This document shows, one piece after another, positions 1-10,167 of a stretch of DNA of 64,000 bases. The DNA lies in contig CAVSFC010000002.1 in the NCBI GenBank assembly GCA_963727255.1, positions 192,001-256,000 on the forward strand, read 5' to 3'. A program made the position numbers and the translations under genes. This DNA is from an uncultured bacterium. Lineage in GTDB: Bacteria > Babelota > Babeliae > Babelales > Vermiphilaceae. The notes under the pieces are model-generated. The model worked only from the letters and a program-made list of their open reading frames with translations, was not told the DNA's origin and did no database searches. The first letter of the stretch is position 1; each line of letters starts with the position of its first letter.

Positions 1-1
1 T

Positions 2-697
2 CGAGAAAAAGAACTATATAAGCGGCTCGATAAACCAGCCGTAGACTATTTTAAACAATTTGAATCACAAAAAGCTGATCTTATTTTATTTTCAGAGAAT
101 CCTCTACTTACTCAAAAAATGATTACATCATGCGAAAAACTGGTGCGAAATTTGCAAACAATGTATGTAGTGTTCCCGACCAATGCCCAAAAGTTCAAAC
201 AATTACAATCTTCAACATATGCTATTAAACTTATCGAAGCCAATTCCAATAACTTCAAAGAACAACTGCTCTCAGCAATAAATCAAAGTAATGAGTATCT
301 CTTATTTGCTTGCGATGGCATGATCTTTAATCATTATGCCGATTGCGCTCAATGCATTTTAGAATTAGAAAAAAAATTCGCTTATGGCTTTTATATGGGG
401 CTTGGGAGCGATTCGAAAATATCCCATCAAAATGGTATCAGCCAACCAGTTCCAGCGCTCAATAAAGTTGCACCCTCAATATATGCTTGGGCCTTCCACT
501 ATGCCGATTCAGGTGATTGGCGCTGCTATAATACTCTTTCGGCTACAGTATACCGCAAAAAAACTATTCTGGATCAAATACAACAGTGCTCATTTAGCAA
601 TTATCATGAATTATTTGAACAATGGAGCAAGGTACCTATTAATCTTGAGCAGATCGGCTTATGCTATGAAACATCACGAATCGGTTACATAAATTAG
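2..697 (+). CDS. 5'-truncated hypothetical protein, possibly the C-terminal part of a glycosyltransferase-like protein
   Basis: The frame of ORF 119..697 is open back to the window edge (REKELYKRLDKPAVDYFKQFESQKADLILFSENP...). The DLILFS...FYMGLG...YAW...DW...YRK pattern loosely resembles GT-A-like proteins. Confidence 0.5.
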   Translation, partial: REKELYKRLDKPAVDYFKQFESQKADLILFSENPLLTQKMITSCEKLVRNLQTMYVVFPTNAQKFKQLQSSTYAIKLIEANSNNFKEQLLSAINQSNEYLLFACDGMIFNHYADCAQCILELEKKFAYGFYMGLGSDSKISHQNGISQPVPALNKVAPSIYAWAFHYADSGDWRCYNTLSATVYRKKTILDQIQQCSFSNYHELFEQWSKVPINLEQIGLCYETSRIGYIN

Positions 698-710
698 TTA
701 TAAGGACTCT

Positions 711-1211
711 ATGAAGGATTTATACGCTCCATGGCGCAGCCCCTATTCTGCATCCCTTGATAAATCTAAAAAAGAAAAAACAAAACCGAATGAATGTGTT
801 TTTTGTTTCGAAAAAAACACTAAAGAAGATGAGCAAAATTTTATTCTTAAGCGATATAAGCATTGCTATGCAATACTCAATAAATATCCTTATAATGCCG
901 GCCATATTATGGTAATACCATTTGCGCATGTAAAGGATTTGCAAAGCTTGGAACAAGCAGCCCGCCATGAGATCATGGATGCAGTAAATTCATGCATAGA
1001 AATTGTACAAAAAGTGCTCAAATGCGAAGGAATTAATGTTGGGCTTAATTTAGGAAGAGCATCCGGCGCAGGAATTCCCAACCATCTTCATATGCATATC
1101 TTGCCTCGTTGGGAAGGGGATACCAATTTCTTGCCGACACTGGCAAATACCAAAGTTATTTCATTTGATTTAAAAGAGATTTATGAAGCGCTCAAACCGG
1201 TATTAAACTAA
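711..1211 (+). CDS. HIT-family nucleotide hydrolase (Ap4A hydrolase/phosphorylase-like)
   Basis: LYAPWR...CVFC N-terminus, NKYPYNAGH, and histidine triad HLHMH followed by PRW; SD AAGGA upstream. Confidence 0.9.
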   Translation: MKDLYAPWRSPYSASLDKSKKEKTKPNECVFCFEKNTKEDEQNFILKRYKHCYAILNKYPYNAGHIMVIPFAHVKDLQSLEQAARHEIMDAVNSCIEIVQKVLKCEGINVGLNLGRASGAGIPNHLHMHILPRWEGDTNFLPTLANTKVISFDLKEIYEALKPVLN

Positions 1212-1534
1212 CTATTCAATTTTGATTGAATAAGAGTTACCAGCTCAACCAGTTTTTGATAAAGTGGCGAGTTTGAACGATTAGGATTTTCTAATTGCGC
1301 TTTAATTTGGGGAGTAGCTAAGAAAGCCATCAGTTTGCGATACAAGTCAGGGTATTGCATCTCGAGATTCTCATTACGCGTAAGAGCAAGGATTTCTGCA
1401 ACAAAAACCTCAGTTTTTTCAAAAGCTTTTTCAACGTTTTCTACAATAAATTCTCTGGGGTCATCCATTGCAGACATTTTACCGGCAAAAAAACAAGCTG
1501 CCATGAGTAAAATAGTCAAAATAAAACGTAGCAT
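1208..1534 (-). CDS. Hypothetical secreted protein
   Basis: Hydrophobic signal peptide ending MSA-MDD; AGGAG SD upstream. Confidence 0.65.
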   Translation of the reverse strand: MLRFILTILLMAACFFAGKMSAMDDPREFIVENVEKAFEKTEVFVAEILALTRNENLEMQYPDLYRKLMAFLATPQIKAQLENPNRSNSPLYQKLVELVTLIQSKLNS

Positions 1535-1800
1535 TACTTTCTCCTAACCATAGTTTTCTATTTAAAATCTTTCTTCATTAACTATTTTAGCATAGCCATA
1601 ATTTAAAAACAATCAATTGTTTCTATTTGAATATATTATTGCAGAAAATGCCTTATTTACGCCAAAAATTCATATTCTTACTAAGATTCAAATAGTTATT
1701 TTATTTCTTTTCTTTTGCCTGTTTGCATTGATTCATCCTCAAAAAACCAGTACTCTAATCATAGTTTTACTCACAAAACCCGTTTTAGCAGGGATTTTCT

Positions 1801-4396
1801 ATGAAGTCGATGCAGATTCGCCAAAAATTTTTTGATTTCTTCATGCAACGTGGTCATGAAAAAGTAGCGAGTTCTTCATTGATTCCCGCCCAAGATCCAA
1901 CGCTTCTTTTTGCCAATGCAGGCATGAATCAATTCAAAGATGTCTTTTTGGGCAAAGAAAAGCGAAGCTATAACCGCGCAGTTACCATTCAAAAATGTGT
2001 CCGTGCCGGGGGCAAGCATAACGATCTAGAAAACGTCGGATTTACCAAGCGTCATCTGACTTTTTTTGAGATGATGGGCAATTTCTCTTTTGGCGATTAT
2101 TTTAAAAAAGATGCCATTCATTATGCGTGGGATTTTCTCACCAAAGAGATGAACTTACCGATAGAAAAACTCCATGCAACGGTCTATAAAACTGATGATG
2201 AAGCATATGATATTTGGCATAAAGAAATAGGCATCCCCGAATCTCGTATCCATCGCCTGGGAGAAAAAGATAATTTTTGGCAGATGGGCGAAACCGGCCC
2301 ATGCGGCCCCTGCACAGAAATTCATATCGATCGTGGCCCTGAATTTGGCTGCAAAGATATTTTCAAATGCGGCCCGGCATGCGATTGCGATAGATTTTTA
2401 GAAATCTGGAACTTAGTTTTCATGCAATTTGATCGGCAACCCGATGGCACTGATAAACCACTCAAGCAAACCGGCGTTGATACGGGAATGGGTCTTGAAC
2501 GATTATGCGCGGTGGTTCAAGATAAAGATTCGGTGTATCAAACCGATATTTTTATGCCGATAATTGAACGCATAGAAAAATTAACTGGAAAAAAATATGC
2601 AGATCAAGATGATCAAACCAAAGCAGCATTCCATGTACTTGCTGATCATATTCGCTCATCAACGCTCATCATTGCCGATGGTGGAGCTCCTTCAAATGAA
2701 GGACGCGGATATGTATTACGTAAAATTATTCGCCGTGCTGCACTTTTTGCACAAAAACTTTCAACCGACAACTATTTTTCCGGAACTATCGAGAGTTGTT
2801 ATTGAACAATTGGGAGATATCTATCCTGAATTAAAAGCAAACGCGACTTTAATTTATAAAATTCTTGAAAGCGAGATTAGCAAATTTGCCGCAAATTTAG
2901 TCCGCGGCCAAGCCATGCTAGAAAAATATTTCCAAGAGCATCAAAAAGAAAAAAATGTTACCGGTCAACAAGCTTTCAAATTATATGATACTTATGGATT
3001 CCCGCTCGAGCTTATTCATGTGATGGCCCAAGAAAAGGGCTTTACCGTTGATGATGCCGGTTTTGAAAAAGAGATGGCAAAGCAACAAGAACAATCCGGA
3101 AAAAAAACAACCGATGAATTGGAACACCTATTGCCTGATTCGGCGACTACGGAATTTACCGGATATCAAGAATTAGAAACAACATCAACCATTTCTCATT
3201 TGATTCTTGATGGTAAGGTGGTCGACTCAGTCCCTGCGGGTGCATCCGTTTGGGTTGTTGCAAAGAAATCACCTTATTTCATTGTTGGTGGAGGCCAAGT
3301 TCCTGATCAAGGAACTCTTGTGATTAATGGAAAAGAAACTCCATTGCTGCAGGTTCGGTATATCAATAATGCGATCGGCGCACAGATTAAGACTCCAGCA
3401 GCACTCAAAGTGGGCGATACGATTATCTGTAAAGTTGATCCGGTTTGGCGAACCAATGCAATGAAAAATCACACCGCAACTCACTTGCTCCAATCAGCGC
3501 TAATAACCCTCTTTGGAAAAACAATTAAACAATCTGGCTCACTGGTGCATCCTGATTATTTGCGTTTTGATTTTACGTACCATGAAAATCTGAGCCAAGC
3601 TGATCTGCAAAAAGTTGAAGATCTGGTCAATAAAAAAATCATGCAGAATATTCCGATCAATATCGAATATATGAGTTTGCCTGAGGCAATCAAGCATGGC
3701 GCTTTGGCATTTTTTGGTGATAAATATAATCCTGAAAAAGTTCGAATGGTTGAGATTCCGAACTTCTCTACAGAGCTGTGCGGAGGAACTCATGTACCCT
3801 CAACAGGGGATATAGGAATATTTAAAATTACAGATATCTCAGCACTTTCTGCAGGCCATCGCCGAATTACTGCAGTAACCGGTCCACGCGCACTTGAATT
3901 ATTCCAAGAAACTTTTGCAATAACTAAAAGTTTGGGACAGGATTTTAAAGTGCAAAAGGAGCAGGTCATCGATGCTGTTCTCAAACAAAAAGAGGATTTA
4001 AAAAAATCGCAGCAGGAAATTAAGCAATTAAAAAAACAGATGTATGCGCTTCTAATTCCGCAGTGGTTTGAAAGTTCTCAGATGATTAATTCCATTGCAT
4101 TTCTTTATCAGCCAGTTGCTGATGCAACCAATGAGGATTTAAAAGAGCTTGCGCAACAATTAGCTGCAAAAAAACCAGGGTTTTATTTTTTAACGAGCAT
4201 GGCAGAAAATAAAGGAATATACGTGGCACAAGTTTCGCCCAACGTTACTATCGATTTGAAAAAAATAGCGGCGCATTTAAAAGATGCCTATGGCATTCGT
4301 GGTGGTGGCACCGATACCTTTTTGCAAGGCGGCGCTCCTTCATTTGATAATCGGTTAAAAGAAGATTTAAAAAAATGGATTAGGGAACAATCATGA
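1801..4396 (+). CDS. alaS: Alanine--tRNA ligase (one frameshift near 2775, likely sequencing error)
   Basis: [33 protein letters not shown] and [10 protein letters not shown] in 1801..2805; NHTATHLL and ELCGGTH editing motifs and the C-terminal GGG in 2597..4396. Confidence 0.97.
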
Positions 4397-4665
4397 AATA
4401 TAGATTCATAATTTTTACATCAATACTTTTTTCATCAATCGCGTGCGGCATGCTGCAAGAAATGCCCGTAAATGAAAAAAAAGAATCGCAGCCCAAATCC
4501 AATTTAAAAGATCTTGCGGGCAAAAAAAAACAAACCTTGCACGATTCCGGTGATGAGACCCCCAGTTGTTGCGCGGCACTTTTAAATGGTTTATTCGGGC
4601 ACCTTGAAAAAGCAAGACCCTTAGGTTTCAATTTACCACCGTATTATTGCAGAGATATCAACTAA
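4393..4665 (+). CDS. Small hypothetical secreted protein
   Basis: ATGA overlap with the alaS stop; signal peptide ending IACG-MLQE. Confidence 0.55.
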   Translation: MKYRFIIFTSILFSSIACGMLQEMPVNEKKESQPKSNLKDLAGKKKQTLHDSGDETPSCCAALLNGLFGHLEKARPLGFNLPPYYCRDIN

Positions 4666-4677
4666 CATGGAGAAATC

Positions 4678-5232
4678 ATGAATTATTATAATAGTATGTT
4701 CTTTTGCTTAATACTGGCCATTAATTCGTTTTCGATGGAATGGGAGCCTGATGATGCTCCTGAACCTAATCAAACCAGTGCAATTGAACACGCCAATACC
4801 TTGACCATACAAAATCAAAACGATTTAAAAGACTGTTTCAACAAAAATTTAGAAATCCGCGGAAAGCTCATGCATCTGGTTAACAATAAAAAAAATGCAA
4901 AGGAAAATAATCAAATCACAGAGGAAAATAAAAAACAGGTAAGCAATTTACTCAATGAAGCCTGCCATTCCTATCAATACGCTTTCACATCAACACACTC
5001 AACACCTGCAAGAATTCTGGAGAGCCAGGAGCATATTAAAATTGCTCATGCGTATATTACCAAAGCCGATGCAATTTTAAATAAGTATTATAACCAAGAG
5101 CCGGAAGAAAAAACAAAAAATGATCCTGACGAATCTCAAAATAAAAATGAAAAAAAATGTTTGGCTCTAATACCAAAACCATCGACTAGTAAGCGAGAAA
5201 AATCATCGATTCCTGTTCAAGCAAAATTATAG
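4678..5232 (+). CDS. Hypothetical secreted protein
   Basis: GGAG SD; signal peptide ending SFS-MEW; helical and charged body. Confidence 0.65.
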   Translation: MNYYNSMFFCLILAINSFSMEWEPDDAPEPNQTSAIEHANTLTIQNQNDLKDCFNKNLEIRGKLMHLVNNKKNAKENNQITEENKKQVSNLLNEACHSYQYAFTSTHSTPARILESQEHIKIAHAYITKADAILNKYYNQEPEEKTKNDPDESQNKNEKKCLALIPKPSTSKREKSSIPVQAKL

Positions 5233-5760
5233 ATATTCTTCTAAAAGTAATACCGCTTTATGAAGCAGATGCTCAATATCTTCAGCATTTTCTTTAAATT
5301 TTTCAAGTACATAGTTTGGCACATCTTCTTTAAGCGGTGGCCTACCGATGCCAAATCGCAAGCGCGCAAATTGATCCCCGCACGCAGCAATTATGGATTT
5401 TAATCCATTATGCCCACGCGCAGAACCTCCCACACGCATTTTAAGATTGCCAAATGGTTGCTCAAGCTCATCATGCACCACAAGAATATTCTCAGCTTTG
5501 ATCCCTTGCTTAAGCAAAGCAGGTATCACTTTTCCAGAGGCATTCATAAACGTTTGCGGTTTAATCAGCAAGATCTTTTTCCCATCTTTGAGCAATGTTG
5601 CCATCTCTTGGTTTTCTCTTGATTGCCAAGAGAGCCCATGCACTCTTGCCAATTCATCTAAAACGCGAAAGCCAATATTGTGGCGCGTATAATAATAGTT
5701 AGGGCCCGGATTACCGAGCCCAATAATTGCTTTGATATCAAGCTGAGGAACTTGGATCAT
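5227..5760 (-). CDS. pth: Peptidyl-tRNA hydrolase
   Basis: IIGLGNPG, TRHNIGF, KPQTFMNASG, VVHDEL, GHNGLKSI, RLRFGIGRP. Confidence 0.97.
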   Translation of the reverse strand: MIQVPQLDIKAIIGLGNPGPNYYYTRHNIGFRVLDELARVHGLSWQSRENQEMATLLKDGKKILLIKPQTFMNASGKVIPALLKQGIKAENILVVHDELEQPFGNLKMRVGGSARGHNGLKSIIAACGDQFARLRFGIGRPPLKEDVPNYVLEKFKENAEDIEHLLHKAVLLLEEYL

Positions 5761-5764
5761 ACCG

Positions 5765-6394
5765 TTATGCCACCTTAGTCGCTGGAGCTTTAGGCGCCGC
5801 AGCAGGCTTATTTTTTGCTAATGCTACTTTTTGTTGATGAGATTTATTAGCAAGTTTCAACACATCAGAAGTAGCATCCAAGCCTTCCTTCTTATAGAGT
5901 GTGCGTCCGCTGCTTTCATCGATCACCAAATAGAGATCTTTTTCTTTTGCATATTGCGCAACTACTTGAGCGAACTCATTAAAGAGTGGTTGCATCAATT
6001 CCATCTCTTTCATTTGCAGATCATTTTGACCGTCTTGGACAATGCGTTGGCCTTTTGCTTGCATTTCGCCTTTTTTGTATTCTAGATCTCTAATTTTACG
6101 TTCAGTGTCAGCTTGTGCAGTAGCGCTTGCTGCTGCTTTCTTGTTCATTAAATCAGTGCGTAATCTCTTAATTTCTTCATCGATTCGCTGAATGTCCATG
6201 CTGATATTTTTGAGTTCATTTTCTAATTGTGCGCGAACGCCTTGCAATTCCGCAACCGCTTCTTTACCTGCTTCAGATTCTAAAATTAAAGCTTGTAAGT
6301 TAACTGTTTTAATCTTATCCAAAGGATCTCCTGCTATGCCGGCAACGCTTGCCAACAATGTCAATGCGAGTGTGAGTTTTAAGAAATTTTTCAT
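5765..6394 (-). CDS. skp: OmpH/Skp-family periplasmic chaperone
   Basis: Signal peptide MKNFLKLTLALTLLA, then KIKTVNLQALILES.AGK, a long coiled coil, and YAKEKDLYLVID...DATSDVL; start chosen at the ATG after the AAGGA SD. Confidence 0.8.
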   Translation of the reverse strand: MKNFLKLTLALTLLASVAGIAGDPLDKIKTVNLQALILESEAGKEAVAELQGVRAQLENELKNISMDIQRIDEEIKRLRTDLMNKKAAASATAQADTERKIRDLEYKKGEMQAKGQRIVQDGQNDLQMKEMELMQPLFNEFAQVVAQYAKEKDLYLVIDESSGRTLYKKEGLDATSDVLKLANKSHQQKVALAKNKPAAAPKAPATKVA

Positions 6395-6477
6395 GATATT
6401 TCCTTGTTTTTTTAACAGTATAATTAGACTAACGGCACTCATCTTTTTACTTTAATAAATTCCTGAAAATAGTCAAT

Positions 6478-9180
6478 TCAGCCTTCTTGCCTTCGCACGT
6501 ACCATTTACGAAGCTCTTCAAGCCATAGTATCGATGAGCTGATTACCGCGACAAAAATCCATTGATACATATTGAGCGGCTGCGTAGCAAATATCTTCTG
6601 AAGAAACGGAACATGCAATAAGAGCACTTGCAAAATAAAAACTATTGCCAGTGCTAAAAGCAGCCAACGATTGCTCAAAAGGCCTATTTGGAAAATTGAT
6701 TTTGTATCGGACCGGCAATTCCAGGCATTAAACCACTGGAACATTCCCAAGGTTACCAAGGTCATCGTGCGGCCAAGTAGTATATCGTTTTGGCTATAAA
6801 GAACAAACACAAAAAGAGCCCCCAATGCCATGGGTATAGCTGCAAACACTATTCTGCCCAACATGCTCAAATCTATTAATCTCAAATGGCCCGATTTTAG
6901 CCATTTTTGCTCAAACAATAATCCTTTTTCTTTTTTTTCCAGTGCCAATGCGCTATCAAGAAAGCCATCGGTTATCAAGTTGAGCCAAAGAATCTGTGCC
7001 GCAGTAAGTGGAAAAAGAAGGCCTAAAGATGGATAGCCCAGAGCTAAAATAAAAGCAAAAAAAATAATTAAAATCTCTGCCAAATTCGTTGAAAAGAAAT
7101 ATGCAATTACCCGCCGCAACGTATAAATAGTATGCCGGCCCTCTTCTATTGCATGTATAATATTTACAACAGAGTCATCAAGCAAAATTATATCTGAAGC
7201 TTCTTTAGCAACTTCGGTTCCAATACCTCCCATGCCGATTCCGATATCTGCGGCGACCAACGATGGGGCATCATTAATCCCATCTCCCGTCATCGCTACA
7301 GTAAGATTATGGGCATGGAGCGCTCTAATCAGCCTCAGTTTTTGCTCCGGGCTTACGCGTGAAAATACCGTGGCATGGCAAATCAGATCGTTTAATTGTT
7401 GATCCGAAAGCTTATCGAGTTCCGGCCCATCAATTGCTTCATCTCCATCCTTATAAATTCCAACCTGCTGAGCAATTGCAAGTGCGGTTCTTTGATGATC
7501 ACCCGTTGCCATAATGATCTGAAATCCTGCCCTTCGTGCTTTTGTAATCGTTGCTGGCGCCTCCGATCTGATTGAATCTTCAATCCCGCATAACCCTAAA
7601 AATGTAATATCACTCGAGACCAATTGCACAAAAAAAATAGCTCTCTCTTGATCGTTGGCTGAATGGCCCGGAATGGATGCAGCATTAAATTTTTTAACAC
7701 CAATTCCAATAACCCTTAATCCAGAGGAAAGAAAATCACTCAATGCCAGCTGCGCCTGCAAGCTCGATGAGCCAACCATATGAAAAATGCGTTCGGGTGA
7801 ACCCGCAATAAAAGCTATCCCTTGGCCATCCCTAATAAAAAAAGCAGCATGATATGTATGCTCAGCTTCAAATGGAAGTTCATATATTTTTTGAAATTCA
7901 TGTTCCAACTGTTCAGAATTAATGCCCATCTTTTGAGAAAAAACAAAAAGCGCTGCCTCAGTTGGATCACCGGTAATAGAAAAAGTTCCTTGCCCAGAAA
8001 TACGGGTAATTGTGGCTGTATTCAATAAGCTTAATCCTTGAGCCATCATGAAAAGATCGGTCCCCGGAGAAAGGGGGACTTGTTGAGCATCTAAAAATAA
8101 TGAACCTTCCGAATAATAACCTTTTCCTGAAACCGTATATGTTGTATCATCTGCAAATACACGGCACACAATCATTTCATTACGCGTAAGAGTGCCGGTT
8201 TTATCAATAACAATCACATTTGCATGGCCCAATCCTTCAACCGCTTGCATATTTTTTACGAGCACTCGCTGTTTTGCCATATGATAAACACCATTAACCA
8301 AAACTAGTGTTAAAACAACCGGCAATCCTTCGGGAATAACGCAAATAAAGAGCGCGGTTAGCATCACAGCCAGTTCTTTTAAGGGCTGGCCCCCCATTAA
8401 ACCAACTAAAAAAAGAAATCCGCAAACCCCTACAATGAAATAAAGAATCCACCATGATAATCGAGCCATTTCATGTGCAAGCGGCACATCAGTTTGACTT
8501 TGTTGGACTGACTCATGAATTTTACCAATTTCAGTCATGCTTCCTGTTGCCACAACTACCGCATGCCCCGATCCTGAAAGAATATACGTGCCGCAAAAGA
8601 TCATATTATTTCGTTCTGCCAAGGGTAAATCACTGGCCAAAGAAGCAGCTATTTTTAGTATGGGGTTTGATTCACCGGTAAGCATGGCTTCATCTATTCG
8701 CAAATTATTCGATTCAATAATACGAGCATCCGCAGGAACCCTCTGGCCCTCTTGAACTAAGATAATATCTCCCGGCACTAATTGAGCAGCATTAATAACT
8801 ACTTTCTTGCCATCGCGCATTACAATACAATCCTGGACAATGAAATGCCTTAGGCTCAACAACATTTTTCTGGTTCGCCCTTCCTGGATAGTTCCAACAA
8901 TCGCATTGAACAACAAGATCCCAAAAATGATAAAGGCATCAAGCCGATCATTCGCAAAAAAATAAATAAGTCCGGCAGCCACGATTAATATATAAATAAG
9001 CGGGCTTGCAAACTGAGAAATAAAAACCCATATCCATGAGGGTTGGGGGGGCTTGGAGAGCTCATTGGGCCCATATTTTAATAAAAGAGCATGAGCATGT
9101 TTGCTGGATAATCCTTTTTTACCATCGGTATGGAGCGCTTGTAACAGTTCTACAATTTCTATCTGATATACTTGCTTCAT
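6478..9180 (-). CDS. Cation-transporting P-type ATPase (P2A, Ca2+/Mn2+-type)
   Basis: TGES, IPEGLP, DKTGTLT phosphorylation motif, TGD, MTGDGINDAP, QILWLNLITD. Confidence 0.95.
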   Translation of the reverse strand: MKQVYQIEIVELLQALHTDGKKGLSSKHAHALLLKYGPNELSKPPQPSWIWVFISQFASPLIYILIVAAGLIYFFANDRLDAFIIFGILLFNAIVGTIQEGRTRKMLLSLRHFIVQDCIVMRDGKKVVINAAQLVPGDIILVQEGQRVPADARIIESNNLRIDEAMLTGESNPILKIAASLASDLPLAERNNMIFCGTYILSGSGHAVVVATGSMTEIGKIHESVQQSQTDVPLAHEMARLSWWILYFIVGVCGFLFLVGLMGGQPLKELAVMLTALFICVIPEGLPVVLTLVLVNGVYHMAKQRVLVKNMQAVEGLGHANVIVIDKTGTLTRNEMIVCRVFADDTTYTVSGKGYYSEGSLFLDAQQVPLSPGTDLFMMAQGLSLLNTATITRISGQGTFSITGDPTEAALFVFSQKMGINSEQLEHEFQKIYELPFEAEHTYHAAFFIRDGQGIAFIAGSPERIFHMVGSSSLQAQLALSDFLSSGLRVIGIGVKKFNAASIPGHSANDQERAIFFVQLVSSDITFLGLCGIEDSIRSEAPATITKARRAGFQIIMATGDHQRTALAIAQQVGIYKDGDEAIDGPELDKLSDQQLNDLICHATVFSRVSPEQKLRLIRALHAHNLTVAMTGDGINDAPSLVAADIGIGMGGIGTEVAKEASDIILLDDSVVNIIHAIEEGRHTIYTLRRVIAYFFSTNLAEILIIFFAFILALGYPSLGLLFPLTAAQILWLNLITDGFLDSALALEKKEKGLLFEQKWLKSGHLRLIDLSMLGRIVFAAIPMALGALFVFVLYSQNDILLGRTMTLVTLGMFQWFNAWNCRSDTKSIFQIGLLSNRWLLLALAIVFILQVLLLHVPFLQKIFATQPLNMYQWIFVAVISSSILWLEELRKWYVRRQEG

Positions 9181-9211
9181 GTAAATGCTTTCCAAGGAAA
9201 ATTTGATTCCC

Positions 9212-9312
9212 CCGTTCGTCTCGATCCTTTGACAATCTCAGGATGAGCGGGAAGGACGCGTTTACTCCCGAGTGATAGTCGAAGGACTTGGCGAAGGCTG
9301 GGAAGCGAACGG
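9212..9312. repeat. Short palindromic dispersed element (copy R1)
   Basis: Terminal inverted repeat CCGTTCG...CGAACGG. The ends match the reverse complement of 41647..41721 and the interior matches ~45288..45352. Confidence 0.85.
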
Positions 9313-9354
9313 TTTAACAAGATTAAAGAGTATGAAATTTAGACCAGAACATCA

Positions 9355-9473
9355 ATGAAGTTATGATATAAGACGCGCGGGAGAATAGATTTATGATTGC
9401 ACCTTGTTGTTCACCCCACTCCCCTTCAGAGTCTTCCCATCGCATGCCCCCGCGCCCGTCTTCAAGAACTCAT
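9355..9473. ncRNA. Candidate structured RNA (long imperfect hairpin), unassigned
   Basis: GC-rich arms AAGACGCGCGGG (9370-9381) and CCCGCGCCCGTCTT (9449-9462), extended by ATGAAGTT/AACTCAT; no family recognised. Confidence 0.3.
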
Positions 9474-9635
9474 TATCACTGTAAGCCCTTGCATGGCTCA
9501 TTTGCAAAGATTTTGAGAAAAGTCACGAGAAAAGGGCTCAGAAATCATACTTTTTGAAAATTAAAAAAGTATTCGTTGCTCTAAACTTTACAGCGCTCTT
9601 TATATTTTTTTAGGCTTTAAGAAAAAAGGGGAATC

Positions 9636-9905
9636 ATGTATTTAAAAAAAATATTTTTTCTGTTGATGCTCTTTTGTATACAGATATGCGATGGCAAATG
9701 CAATCGATCGGATCGATCGCATGTAAACGAAAATGTGCTGCGATGCACCTATCATCAAGAAGATATTTTTCGCTGCTATCGCGAGAAAAGATGTTGCTAC
9801 AATAATGAACAACGCAGAAGAGAATGTTTTTTTTGCGGATGCCCTATTGAAGAACATACAAAATTAAAGAACGGCAAGAAAAAATCGTGCAAAGTAAAGA
9901 AATAA
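9636..9905 (+). CDS. Small Cys/His-rich secreted hypothetical protein
   Basis: AAGGGG SD; signal peptide; CTYH...C...CC...CFFCGCPIEEH; basic tail. Confidence 0.6.
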   Translation: MYLKKIFFLLMLFCIQICDGKCNRSDRSHVNENVLRCTYHQEDIFRCYREKRCCYNNEQRRRECFFCGCPIEEHTKLKNGKKKSCKVKK

Positions 9906-10087
9906 CTGCCCCATCCCCCATTTGCCCATCTTTTGACCCCTTAACCAAGCTCTAAAACCCCCCCGGTATCTCCCTATTTACGGCCAGATGAGCCTCATTT
10001 CTCTACCTTTTATAGGGTTTTCTACTAAATCCAACTCCCCCGCCCAAATGCAGGATTTTTATCGCTTTGAACCTTATATATTTCTAT

Positions 10088-10117
10088 TTGACATTTAAAG
10101 CATCGTTTTGCTAAGCT
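10088..10117 (+). promoter_or_regulatory. Sigma70-type promoter of the paralog array
   Basis: TTGACA, 18-nt spacer, TGn-TAAGCT (extended -10), 50 nt upstream of the ATG at 10168. Confidence 0.6.
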
Positions 10118-10167
10118 GTTATTAGAGTATAAACGTATAAAACCCCTAGTAGTAAAGAGGAAAAACG

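Noticed and set aside
3284..3296. TGGTGGAGGC inside alaS as an att copy of the tmRNA 3' end
   Set aside because: A 10-nt match encoding the conserved GGGQ motif of AlaRS; coincidental.
9410..9430. Minus-strand AAGGGGAGTGG upstream of the P-type ATPase as a yybP-ykoY Mn riboswitch
   Set aside because: Resembles the 5' motif, but I could not find the matching 3' AGACC strand or the other conserved loops; left as an unassigned hairpin pending an Rfam scan.
10011..10150. TAGGGTTTT / AAAACCCCTA flanking the array promoter as an invertible switch
   Set aside because: Short, imperfect, low-complexity inverted repeat, and no recombinase nearby.
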